The translations under genes and the position numbers were made by a program. The notes under the pieces were generated by a model. That model made no database searches. It had not been told where the DNA came from and saw only the letters and a list, made by a program, of their open reading frames with translations. Positions 13,824 to 26,140 of a DNA stretch of 64,000 bases are shown in pieces (the first letter of the stretch is position 1; every line of letters begins with the position of its first letter). The stretch comes from Octopus sinensis (Eukaryota), in contig NC_042997.1 of the NCBI RefSeq assembly GCF_006345805.1, positions 105,276,001 to 105,340,000 on the forward strand, given 5' to 3'.

Positions 13824-14319
13824 TGTATGTATGTATGCATGTATGTATGCATGTATGTATGTATGCATGCTTGTATGTATGTATATGAATGTAAAGGGTG
13901 GTACATATATGTACATATATGTACAATCTCAAAGATTGAAAAATGAAGATATACAGAAGACATATTCAGCGCGTCGACAAAACCTCTTGTTCTGATCCTT
14001 TAATAAAAGACATTCATTTTGAAGACATTCAGCGCCATCACTTTTAGTACAAGATGATATATTCTATAGTACGAACTACCTTTATTCGAATTTGCGTTGT
14101 AAATAGTGACTAAGTGAGAACACCCTAATAGTATTTAAAGATTCTAACCGAGAACATAAATCAAAAAGAGCGCCTAATGAAATTTTAGTATACATTTAAA
14201 CGAGTTTTATCCGCTCTACTATTTATTTAGAAATTTATCTATGAATAGTGGTTTTTAATTTTGGTACAAGTCCAGCAACTGTAAGTACAATTTACTAATG
14301 TTTCCCAAGTAAAACAGCG

Positions 14320-14416
14320 CTTCATTTTTGAAGTCCGATGAAGCTATTGGGTGATTCAAGCACTCAGCTATGAATGTATTGCATCCTATCGCAGAAACAA
14401 CTGTAAGCTAATGAAG
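14320..14416 (+). ncRNA. Decayed hammerhead-like motif
   Basis: CTTCATT..CCGATGA(14335-41)..GCTATTGG/CCTATCGC..GAAAC-AACT-GTA^(14405)..AATGAAG; U4 is replaced by C and proximal stem I is broken; (TA)n lies about 60 nt downstream. Confidence 0.4.
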
Positions 14417-14484
14417 TTTTTGTTATAATTCCTTTTATTGCTTTGTCATTTATTTGATTTCTTATATATATATATATATATATA

Positions 14485-14866
14485 TACTCTTTTACTCTTT
14501 TACTTGTTTCAGTCATTTGACTGCGGCCATGCTGGAGCACCGCCCTTTGTCGAGTAAATCGACCCCAGGACTTATTCTTTGTAAGCCAAGTACTTATTCT
14601 ATCGGTCTCTTTTACCGAACCGCTAAATTACGGGGACGTAAACACACCAGCATCGGTTGTGAAGCGATGTTAGGGTAAAAAAATACAGACGCGGAAACAT
14701 ATACGACGGGCTTCTTTCAGTTTCCGATAACCAAATCCGCTCACAAGGCTTTGGTCGGCCCGAGGCTATAGTAGAAGACACTTGTCCAAGGTGCCACGCA
14801 GTGGGACCGAAGCCAGAACCATGTGATTCGTAAGCAAACTACTTACCACACAGCCACTCCTACGCC
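14485..14866 (-). mobile_element. SINE family A, full length, inserted in (TA)n
   Basis: Same head, boxes and tail as 1641..2053; TA repeats on both flanks. Confidence 0.92.
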
Positions 14867-15071
14867 TATATAAATATATATATAATTAAGATAGGTTAAT
14901 TTTTTTTCGGGAAATACTACCAATTATTTTTTTAAAAGTTTCTTTTAAATCCTCCCCAAGCTGTCTTCATAGATCTGACTATACGCACCTACTCTCCGCC
15001 CACAAATCGTTTAGTCGTTCGGTGCTGATGCAACTTGTTATTATCCATACATACATATAAATCTTTATAAA

Positions 15072-16130
15072 TATTGGGCCACTCCATGAATAATGCGTTT
15101 TTTTTTTAATTGCATGAACTAAAAGTCGTAGGGAGGACGGGATAAACTACTTGCACCAACTTGCTATAAAAGCAGGTAGTAATTTTACCTTGTCAATTAT
15201 TCATAGTTTTCAAGAGAGTTAATTCGATTTTAACAGTTACTTTTCCAAAGACATAATGGAAGAGGTAAAGGAGCATATTCGGCATATTTTGCTTTATGAA
15301 TTAAATAAAGGCAACAATGCAACGGAAAGTGCATGGAATATTAATGCAGTATATGGGTATCGGACAATAAACGTAAGCCAGTTTCAAACGGTGGTTCCAG
15401 AAATTCCGAGCCAGAAACTACAACCTTAAAAGACAAGCTTTGTCATGGAAGATCCCTAGAGCTCGACGAGGACATCCTGCAAATCCCGGTGGAACAAAAT
15501 TCTATCGTAACTGTTGAACTAGCAGAGAAGCTTGGATCTGGTCATTCAAACATTCATCGACACCTGCGTGTCAGCAAATTGGGTCAGTGGGTTCCTCACA
15601 AACATTCCGAGTCTAATAGCGCGCAGAGAGTGAATGTGAGCTCTTCTTCGCTGCCACGTGTCACGAATGAGCCTTTTTGGACCGAATAGTGACTGGTGAC
15701 GAGAAATAGGTTCTCTATAAAAATGTCAAGCGCCGAAGACAGTGGGTAGGGGAAAGGAGAAATACCGGCACCCCAGGCTAAAGAAGGTCTTCACCCACGT
15801 AAACTGTGTTTATCTATTTGGTGCGATATGAAAGTTTTTGTCCATTTTAAACTTTTAAACTCAAACCAAATGATAACAAAGGAGATCTGCTGCAAGCAGC
15901 ATGAGCGACTTAAGTCAGCACTTGAAGAAAAACCCACCATTTTTGGTTTCAAGACGAAAGATGTTCTTCCATGCTCGGCTATATACAGCGAGGATGATAT
16001 TACAAAGGCTGGAGCAATTTGAATGGGAAACGATGCCACACCCACCATATTCGCTGGACATCTGATTATCATATATTTCGCAGTCTTCTGCTCGCAAGAT
16101 ATATAAATTCAAGCGACACATGATTTTTCA
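15072..16130 (+). mobile_element. Mariner transposon relic (second family)
   Basis: TIR-like TATTGGGCCACTCCATGAATAATGCG; ATG at 15256, MEEVKEHIRHILLYE, RWFQKFR, LGQWVPHK, IVTGDEK; many frameshifts. Confidence 0.9.
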
Positions 16131-16136
16131 ACAAGC

Positions 16137-16570
16137 AAAAGAGTTAGTTCTAAAATCTCTCTAACTGATGAACGCAGTAGTTGTATTGGCAAGTAATATT
16201 CGTAGCCACGTCAACATGGCTGTTCCGTTCGAACGGACTTTACTGCGATTTTTTTAAACATAAGAGGACATCTCTTCTAGCAGGTTAACGATGCGAAGCT
16301 GCATCCAGTACTGAAGAGAGACAGAAATAGCCCGAAACCATACTGGTCTATTGTTCCGTCGCTAGGAGATGGAAGGGGTTCACCACATTGCTCGTAATAT
16401 ATCGGATGCAGGTATGCATCGTTAACTAGTGAGAGGAGATGTCCTCTTAGGATTAAAAAAATCGCAGTAATGTCTGTTCGAACGGAACAACTTTGTTTAA
16501 GTGGCTAGGAACATTACTTGTTATTACAACTACTGCGTTCATCTCTTAGAGATTTTAGAACTAGCTTTTT
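16137..16570. repeat. Diverged inverted repeat (arms about 16137-16306 and 16404-16570)
   Basis: Arms align at roughly 80% by eye (e.g. TAGTTCTAAAATCTCT, GATGAACGCAGTAGTTGTA, TACTGCGATTTTTTTAA); spacer about 97 bp. Confidence 0.9.
16306..16353 (+). ncRNA. Hammerhead-like motif in the inverted-repeat spacer
   Basis: CAGTA-CTGAAGA(16311-17)-GAGACAGAAATAGCCC-GAAA(16334-37)-CCA-TAC-TGG-TC^(16348)-TATTG; core, stem I and stem III intact, stem II decayed. Confidence 0.55.
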
Positions 16571-18179
16571 TGCCTCTTCAGATTCACTTATTCGTAATTT
16601 TTCCTTTTGTGCAGCAATTATTTCAATTCAGACAAAAATTATAAAATTATTTTATCATTTTTTCATATACAGCAGACTTCTGTCTGGTTCTGTTGGATGC
16701 AGGCTATGAAAGGTAATACTTTGTTTTCACATTCTTCAGTTCTTTATTTACGTCTATTTTCTTTCTTAGTTGATGTTTTGATTTTATCATCTGCAGTTTT
16801 GCTGTTTTTACATTCTCAACCTCTGTGTTGAACTAAATTGCTTCCTTATCAGTAGAAAATTCTGTCCTTATCATATTCTGCAATTAATTAATAAAATGAT
16901 ATTTTTATTATAATTTTTTTAAAGTTTTATAAAGTACTTCATCATTTTTAAATGAATTTCATTTTGGTTAGTATTATCTCGTAAATCATACAAAGACATT
17001 TGGTTTTCGTATTAGAGAAAACGTAATATATTGGCTAGTTTCTTCTTTATGGGTCAAAATATTTTTTATATTGGAGCAGTTATTAGATGATATTTACATT
17101 GCAAGGGCATGTACTAATGATTCATTTTTCATTGCGTTTCGATCAAATACTAACTCTAAGGAATCTACTCAATCGTATTGAGGAATTTTCTCTAAATTAC
17201 TTAGGCATGGCAAAAGATCAGGATAGCATGGACTATAATGATTTGTGTATTTCAGGAGTTCAATATAAGTATGAATTTTTAAGTTATTGAGAAGAACATT
17301 GTCTTTTATATATCGGATAAACGAACTACTACTAGTTAAATTATGAAAAAATTTCCTATACTTATATATATTGCGAAGTTTCTATGTGAAACTTCATTAA
17401 ATCATTCTAAGATCAATTTAATCTGTGCAAGTTTTTTTAAACAATTGCATCCTTTTTATAGATGCGGCAGAAGACGAAAGAGAAAAGTTCATGACTTACC
17501 TTAGGGCTACTGAAGCTGTAGGATCAAACAAAATAGATTACCTTCAAACGAAAGGTATGGGTTGAATGCTTATGACATAGTGGGCTTCAAGGCATCAATA
17601 TGGTAGTTGGGGGCATGAAGCTGGACAGACCAATTTTTGCTCTCTGAATTTCACACACGAGTGTCTTTAAAATAGTGGTACTGAACTCGAGATCACGAAC
17701 ATCACAGCCTCGTTTGTTTCGACTGATATATTTTGATCCAATACACCTCTTCATATTCCTGTAAAATAATCCAGCTTTACTTTTCCTATTATATATGTAG
17801 AGGTAACCAAAACATCGCACGGAGGACCGTGTTTGTGTTACATATGCACATGAGGTTGCGGTCAGCTACATACATATCGGTGCATAATCATCATCATAAG
17901 ATTAGTGCAGACTTTAATAGTGAATACAGCTACTTCCCAATATTGACTTGGGTCCCTTTCATCTACAGGAACCAATTTCCTTTCAAGTATGACCACAAGG
18001 GATTTCTTAAAAGAAAATTGACAGAAACTGATAGACATAGAGAAAGTCATGAATCGACTTCAATGCAAGACTGAAACATATTTTCACTACCTCAAAAACA
18101 TTACAGAGTTGACCGTTGTGGTACTTGAATCAAAGCTCATGCAGCCAGAACTCAGACCAATCTATCCGATGTTCTAAAG

Positions 18180-18547
18180 CAGGTTTTCTCAACCATTTTT
18201 TAATCTATGGACCTCTTTGATTGCTATTTTATTCTGGCACACACACCTCTCACGCACAAACAAACACACATAGCTATTCAATGTTAAAAAAACTAGTTTT
18301 ATGGATACTTCTTTCAAAATTCCTGTTTTGTTATTCACACACTTGTGAGGTTGAACTATGTCAAACATAGAATAAGAAACCTAGCTGTTTCTTGCAATAC
18401 ATACCAATACATACATCAAAAGCAAAAAATTTTCAGACGCCCTTAAAATGCTATTGTGGAAGCCCAATTTACTATTTCGTAGTGTAGACCCCACAAAATC
18501 TTATATGGATCTTCAGGGCCCATACGGACCCCAATTGAGAATCACTA
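18180..18547. mobile_element. hAT (Charlie-like) MITE
   Basis: Termini CAGGTTTTCTCAACC and ATTGAGAATCACTA; 8-bp target duplication TTCTAAAG / TTCCAAAG. Confidence 0.75.
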
Positions 18548-18869
18548 TTCCAAAGGAACCACAAATTTGTCACCACTTGTACAAATATAAATACATAGAC
18601 ATGATGTGATTGAATGCATTTGTATAAGTGCGTTTATAAAGGGAAGCGTTTCTAGATTGAATACAAATAGGTAGAAGGGATATAAAAAGTGCATACAAGT
18701 GTAGAGGACAGGTAGCAGGATGCAGGTATATATTATCATTCGCGCTGGTGTTCTCACATACAATTAATAGTAATTTTTTTATTATGGTGTGTGACAAATT
18801 CAGAATAAAAGATTTATTATAATTACGATTAATGTGTTAGTATACACACGCGCAAACACATACACACGC

Positions 18870-18933
<64 letters not shown>

Positions 18934-18974
18934 TTATATATGTATGTGTATATGTATATATGTGTGTTTATACT

Positions 18975-19024
<50 letters not shown>

Positions 19025-20039
19025 CACGTATAAGCATATATACCTCTCTGTGAGAGTGTGACTGCATTTAGATATATAAGTGAATATATGTGAATTTACA
19101 TATATATAAATATATAGCCGTATGTATGTATATGTGTATGTGTATACATACATATAATATATATATTATGTATATACACATAATACATATATATGCGTGC
19201 GTGTGTGTGTGTGAATGCGTGTATGTGTGTATCTATGTATATGCATACACACAAAAACACACTAATACAAAGGCATACAATTTTTGTGTAGTTATATGTT
19301 CTTAATATTTTTTGGCGTTCCATTAAGTGGTGAAAAAAAAAAGAAAGAAAACATCAAAATCAAACAAATTAACATCTCTCTCTTCTAAATTAATTTCGTT
19401 TAATCTTCAGTCTGTATTTGAAATAGATTTGATAAATAAGAACAAAGTAAGCGAGAAAATGAATCCGGCAAAACGAAATAACAGAACATTGTGTTTCGTC
19501 TCTCCGCCTTTCAGTCTCAGAAGACTTAACTTGGGTGGTCTAGAATTGAAAGACAGAAATATAACAGTATTGTTTACAGATAGATGTGTTTTTGTGTTGG
19601 TCTCTTTGTTCTATATGAAAAATTCTGCTCAAAGTTGTATCAAATGTAAAAATGAAACAATTATTACATTAATTACTTTATGTATTTTGTGTCTTTGTTG
19701 ATTGTGGACTTTATTCCAGGGAGTTGGGATAAAATAAATATTAAAAAAATACGTACTCAAACGCACACAAACACACACGCTTATATATGAACATATATAT
19801 ATATATAACGCACGCACATGCATACGTAGATACAAACTTATATACTTACTTACAGGCACGCGTTCATACGTACACACATACGGGTATATACAGAGCGTCT
19901 GTTTGTCATCTCGAACGAACATCGTAGAAATATATAGATAGATAGATACATATATACATACATACATACATACGTACGTACGTACATACATACATGCATG
20001 CATACATACATATATACACACACACATCTACATATATAG

Positions 20040-20081
<42 letters not shown>

Positions 20082-20127
20082 TGTGTATGTGAGAGAGAGT
20101 ATCTGTGTCTGCGTCTGTGTCTTTATG

Positions 20128-20330
20128 CACGAGGTGGTGGGCTTGAAAAGTTCCTGGTTGTAAGGCTCTCTCGAAAATTTCCGAGTTCATTCACAGGGAT
20201 CAGAAAAACTGAAGGATAGCTGCTGCGAGAGTGTGACTATGAGAGGAAATATGTTGCATAAAACCATAATTAACTGATCCTCCTGTATTATATTTTTCCC
20301 ACAGCCAGGAATTTTTCAACGCCCCCCGTA
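20128..20330. mobile_element. Mariner-type MITE
   Basis: TIRs CACGAGG..GGGCTTGAAAAGTTCCTGG and CCAGGAATTTTTCAACGCCCCCCGTA. Confidence 0.75.
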
Positions 20331-20659
20331 TGTACTTCATCAAACACAGTGTTAAGGGTTTCTTTGTCTTCTAACCTCTGCATTACCGAGCATCAAACAT
20401 CATGTCTCCTAGTTAGTAACAAAGGATAAACAAATTTATATTTTCAAGTATGTATGTAAACTAATAATTAAATATATGAGTTTATGTGTCTATATATTTG
20501 TCCACATACACACATATACACATACAGATATATGTGTACATATATGTATATATGTGTATATATACCTTACTTGTTAGTAAACCATATTGTTAAATAATAT
20601 AGGTGTTGTGTGCCGGTGGAATTGCTCGAATGTGTTCGCCAGGGGCTCTGAAATTATTG

Positions 20660-21035
20660 TTTCTAATATAGGCACTTTTCTTGAGACAAGAGTGGTTATC
20701 TAATTATATTGATCCCCGAAATTGACAAACGCCTTATTTTATAAACTTCGGAAACTGAGCCGGAACGGAATTTGAACTTAGAACATAAGTCGGAAAAAAT
20801 ACCTATTTCTTTACTACCCACAAGGGGCTAAGCATAGAGGTGACAAACAAGGACAGAAAAAAGGATTAAGTCGATTACATCGATCTCAGTGTGTAACTGG
20901 TACTTATTTAATCGACCCCGAAAGGATAAAAGGCAAAGTCATCCTCGGCTGAATTTGAAATGAGAATGTAGCGGCAGACGAAATACCGCCAAGCATTTCG
21001 CCCGGTGTGCTAACAATGCTGCCAGCTCGCCGCTT
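20660..21035 (-). mobile_element. SINE family B copy joined to an older decayed B copy
   Basis: Young copy 20802..21035; junction AAATAC|CTATTTC at 20801 to a decayed B body. Confidence 0.85.
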
Positions 21036-21349
21036 TTCCCGCGAGGTTGCGCAAAATAGAATGGGAATAATTTGGCATATTTTAAGTAGTAATGTTGTTG
21101 GGAACATAACTTATCACTAGGTTAGTCGGTCTTTGCGTCTGGGATGAAAAAACTGGTTCAAGAGGTTCTTTTCATTTCGTTACTTATTTCGATGCCGTCG
21201 TTCGTGCATTTGTAAGTTTCCTCTGTGTCTGAAAGACAAGTCGGATCTTGATCCTTACTTTTTCTTTTTTCTTTTCTTCTTTTTTGTATGTGACTGAAGT
21301 GGGTGATGGGTGATATGGAGGTTCTTAAGATTATATATATAAAATTATA

Positions 21350-21432
21350 TCATGTAGTAGTGGTGACAGTCATGCTTCACAATTTTTGACAGTCAAAAAT
21401 TGTGAAGCATGACTGTCACCACTACTACATGA
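21350..21432. repeat. Perfect palindrome, 41-bp arms with 1-nt spacer
   Basis: TCATGTAGTAGTGGTGACAGTCATGCTTCACAATTTTTGAC-A-GTCAAAAATTGTGAAGCATGACTGTCACCACTACTACATGA. Confidence 0.97.
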
Positions 21433-21606
21433 ACCCGAAGATTGCAGAATTTAATGCATGAAAGTACTAGTTCAATCAGAATGAACATTTAACATTCTAC
21501 TATTTTATTTTATTTTATTCTATTATATTATATTATCTTATCATATATCATTATAAAATTGTAAATAAAACGTGAAAATCAGACAAGGTTGGAATTCCTT
21601 TTATTA

Positions 21607-21691
<85 letters not shown>

Positions 21692-21762
21692 ATATATATG
21701 TATGTTCGTATCTATATATGTATGTGGATAAAACCTCATTGGAAATGGATGCGTGGGGTTCG

Positions 21763-21799
<37 letters not shown>

Positions 21800-22355
21800 A
21801 AACCTACATATATATGTATATATACATTAATGTATGGGTACAGGTCGTCAAAAAAGCGTGAACAAAATGAAAAACGAAAACATAAAAAACAATGCATGAA
21901 AACGAACTTTTTTAGAACAACTAAAGAAACAAATAGAGTCAGGAGACCGGCAACATAAAGAATCATCCCTTCATCAATTGTTCCCTGTTTTATCTATGCA
22001 GCGTTTCGAACGTTGGGACAAGACGCGACTTCGTTAAAACAGTCGTTCCCGCAAAGCAAATAAAATTGGGATTTGCTGAGGGTTAAAGTGGTAACCAAAA
22101 CAGGACAGTAAGAACAAAACAGTAACAACAAACGGTAAGGGCTGTTAAGCCATAACGAGGTGAAGTGGAGAACGCCGGAGAAACGAGCTCAGGTGATATT
22201 CTTCCGGATATGCTGAGGAGCTTCTAAGTTGATTTGCCAAGATCTACTCAACACCTTTTTTTGTCATATATAAATACACATGCGCTCTTGCACGCACACC
22301 CACGCACACATGCACATACAGAAATGCATTTACATTCACTTAAGACGTTGCATTT

Positions 22356-22607
22356 GGAGTCGCGTTGCTTAGTGGTTAGGGTGTCAGCACCATGATCGTA
22401 AGACTGTGGTTTTGATTACTGGACTGGGCGACGCATTGTGTTCTTGAGCAAAACACTTCATCACACGTTGCTCCAGTTCACTCACCTGGCGAAAATGAGT
22501 AACGTTGCCATGGACTGGCGTCCCGTCTAGCTCAGGAACACATACGGCATAGAAACCGGGAAACCGGGACTATGAGCTTGGCTAGGCTTTAAAAGGGCGC
22601 ATTTATT
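22356..22607 (+). mobile_element. SINE family C (CORE-like) with 14-bp target-site duplication
   Basis: tRNA-like head, CORE-like TTGAGCAAAACACTTCATCACACGTTGCTCCAG; TTAAGACGTTGCAT at 22340 and 22613; homologous to 52760..53016. Confidence 0.88.
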
Positions 22608-23497
22608 ATTTATTAAGACGTTGCATGCCTACTGACTGTCAAAGTTTCAGAGAATTTCCATTAACAGTTCTTGACGCCAAAATTATAGCATTTTTCTTAT
22701 AAATAATAACATTATCTTATCCTCTATGTTAGCAAAGTAGTTCGCTATTTGAGGCTGGACAATATTTATTGTGAAAATGTATAAGATTGCGATGTGTGAT
22801 GGCAATCATGCTCCTCCAGTTTCTAACTCAAGCAAAATGTCTTCACGTATGAGATGAAAATTTGATAAATACAAAACACATTCCTACCGTTTCAGTCACT
22901 CTCACAGAAAATAATTTATTTCTCAAAGCAAGAAAATCTTTCAAAGAACACACATTTAGAAGACGTATTGTTATAATCAAAAATGGCTACAAGGTAAGAA
23001 GCGATTTAAATAAGCATTAAAGAGACTGAAGCTCTGTCATGAGTTTTAATGGACAAAATCAGCTAAACGCACTCCTGGAGGGCACGAATCACAATGTATT
23101 AGCTTTCTTAAAATTTAATAAATATTTATATAAGATTTATTGTACATACGCAGTTTTTGCTTATTTTTTTTCCCTTAACAAATATTTTATAACTTTTGTG
23201 TTGATTCAATATATATCTAATAGAATTTAACTCACTGCGACATGCAGATCGTTTCTTTCTCACGGGCTAGAAACATGTGAATATGGTAGAGATATGACAT
23301 CTATGAATAAATTATGTAACGCTGCGTCGCACGATGCATTGAATTCACATTTGAATGTGATTTCGTAAGATATTAGCGAAGGGGACGTAGAGCATATTTA
23401 CGTATACCTACCTACCTATCTACCTACCTACATGCATACATACATACTTACATACATGCATACATGGTACATGCATGCATACATACGTATGTGTATA

Positions 23498-23548
<51 letters not shown>

Positions 23549-23769
23549 TATACACACACACATACACAAGCACACATGGATGAGTGGACAAGCGAGCGAA
23601 AGAGGCACACAACACATTTAGTAGGACATACAAATATTATTTCAAACATTTTGATCCGGCTCCATGCAACTTGAAGTTTCGTAGGCTAGATTTTGTGAGA
23701 AGCCTACGAAATATTTCGTTGCACAGAGCCGAATGAAACTATTTTAAATAGATAAATAATAATAATAAT

Positions 23770-23816
<47 letters not shown>

Positions 23817-23877
23817 TAATAATAATAATAATAATAATAGTAGTAGTAGTAGCAGCAGCAGTAGTAGTAGTAGTAGC

Positions 23878-23911
<34 letters not shown>

Positions 23912-24241
23912 ATTAATTCTTTTATTAGCCACAAGGGCTGACAAAATTAATTATAACAAAAAAGGGAAAAACAGGACGATAGGTTACAAAGGGTTTTGTC
24001 CGTTTCTCCTTTCGTACTGGCCATTCTTGCGACATTTATCCACCTTTCAGAAAACTTGCTATCAAACAGCACTTCCCTCTCTACTCTCACTTTCTTTTTC
24101 AATTGAAACTTGAAACAAACGTATGAGACCTCGATATTAGGTAAATAGAGGATTATATATTTATGTATAGTTTGAGACAATCAGTAATCTTAGCTCCGGC
24201 ATTTGAAACTCCGAGTACTATTATGACAACTTACTGATTGT

Positions 24242-24278
<37 letters not shown>

Positions 24279-24472
24279 AACAGAATGAATTATCCTATGT
24301 TTACCGTCACCATGGAAAATTCGATGAACCGATACCAGGGTAGCAAATTCACGTCAGAAACACGGTTGAAGCGACCTGTCTAAGGGCAGAAACTCCGGGT
24401 TCATGTGCAGAAATTTTTGTGTTATATATGAATAAATAAATGAATGGAGTTGAACGAAGATGTTAACAGAAT

Positions 24473-24567
24473 TCCTTTACTCTCGACATATGTTTCGAAG
24501 ACAACATGCTTTCATTCCAAAGGAATAAACGGTGCAAGATGCAATCTCCTCATCAGGAAAGAAAGGG
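24473..24567 (-). ncRNA. Type I hammerhead ribozyme
   Basis: CCTTT-CTTTC-CTGATGA-GGAGA..TCTTC-GAAA-C-ATAT-G-TC^-GAGAG-T-AAAGG; predicted cleavage between 24485 and 24484. Confidence 0.85.
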
Positions 24568-24790
24568 AGCCTCTCTCAACAACAAGACAAGCAAAAATTT
24601 CGATGACTGCCTACATAGTAAACAAAACGATAATAAGCGTTTTAAAGTGTTATTCCTTTAACCCATCTCTTCCTACTATCTAACTTTGACGTCAATTCTA
24701 CTAACGGTTTTTTTAAACCACTTATTATCGTTTTGTTTACCATGTAGGCAGTCATTGCAATTTTTGTTTGTCTTGTTGTTGAGAGAGGCT

Positions 24791-24884
24791 CCCCTTCTTT
24801 CCTGATGAGAAGATTGCATCTTGCACCTTTTATTCCTTTGGAATGAAACCATGTTGTCTTCGAAACATATGTCGAGAGTAAAGG
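24791..24884 (+). ncRNA. Type I hammerhead ribozyme
   Basis: CTTTC-CTGATGA(24802-08)-GAAGA..TCTTC-GAAA(24862-65)-C-ATAT-G-TC^(24873)-GAGAG; canonical core, palindromic loop 3. Confidence 0.88.
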
Positions 24885-24947
24885 AATTTTGTTAACATCT
24901 TCGTCAACTCCATTCATTTATTTATATATATATATTTATTATATATA

Positions 24948-24987
<40 letters not shown>

Positions 24988-24990
<3 letters not shown>

Positions 24991-25058
24991 TATATGCGTG
25001 TATATGTACATGTAGAGGTAGGTACGTACATATATGTTTATTTCATTTATTAATATAT

Positions 25059-25117
<59 letters not shown>

Positions 25118-26103
25118 AGATAAATAAAAATATATGCATACATACAAACATATATGTATACCTACATCTACATGTATATATACATGCATATATAAATAAT
25201 TATACGGAAGTACAGGACATCACAATAAGACGTAGACAACAAAAAAGCCAAAAAACAAAAAACAAAGAAAACGGAAAACGAAAAACAAATACAGGACAGT
25301 TACACAAGGACAAAACCCCCGTCATCAGCTGTCGCTAGAGGAGTCAGGCATGTTTCGAAGGCATAACAGAACACTAATCCAATAGGCCTTCCTGCGAGAG
25401 AATTAAAATAAAATTCAAGCAGCGGGGCACAATGAGTACGAACACAAACAAGACGTAACAATAAGACTGCAAAATTAAAATACATGTACAAAAACAAACA
25501 AAGAGGACGAACGAAAAAGCCTTTTTTCTGGCATAGACAAACATAAAACTGCAAAAATAAAAATACATGTACAAAAAGTACAATTAGTTACAAAACGAGA
25601 AAATAACAAGAATACTATACAGGAAATAACCACACAAGGGGACGAACGAAGAAGCTTTTGCTGGCAAGGACGAAAGTGTAGTAGCAGCGCGTGGAGGCAG
25701 TCTTTTCAATAGTGGTAACCACGTGTAAAGGAATTTTGTTTTATAGGCAAGGAAGAGGGAAGGAGGAGGGGGACACGCGGCGAAGAGAGAGGAGGAGGGG
25801 GAGGGAGAAAGATTGAAGAGGTTAAAGCAAAAGGGAGAAGACCGAGTTTCAATATAATAATATTTAAATATAAAAAAGGGGACCAAGAAGTGGATCGAAA
25901 CGACGAATCGGAACGAACCTGATGCGGGGCGCTGTCAGACAATAAGGAGATAAATAAAAATATATGCATACATACAAACATATATGTACGTACCTACATC
26001 TACATGTATATATACATGATATATATAATTATACGGAAGTACAGGACATCACAATAAGACGTAGAAACAGAAAAAGCCAAAAAACAAAAACAAGAAAACG
26101 GAA

Positions 26104-26106
<3 letters not shown>
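24988..26106 (-). mobile_element. 830-bp-period element with 165-bp terminal direct repeats and a short inverted copy, within (TA)n
   Basis: Direct repeats 25115-25279 and 25945-26106; about 55-bp inverted copy at 24988-25040; TA tracts at the ends. Penelope-like class is inferred from architecture only. Confidence 0.65.

Positions 26107-26140
<34 letters not shown>

Larger units (their letters stand above)
24275..24923. mobile_element. Head-to-head inverted HHR element between (TA)n tracts (family 2)
   Basis: Arms about 24430-24650 and 24712-24923 are about 95% identical in inverted orientation; homologous to 27616..28226 including the extended left end. Confidence 0.88.

Noticed and set aside
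16165-16250. CTGATGA followed by a CGCAGTA/TACTGCG stem
   Set aside because: No GAAA after the stem, so it is not a hammerhead.
17462-18018. Putative + strand exons 17462-17554 (DAAEDEREKFMTYLRATEAVGSNKIDYLQTK) and from 17970, plus 16674-16713
   Set aside because: Splice signals look plausible, but I recognise no protein, no consistent upstream exon chain exists, and the opposite strand has a competing retroelement reading.
21960-22015. Permuted GAAAC..TTGATGA motif on the minus strand
   Set aside because: No UH triplet or stem I could be formed.
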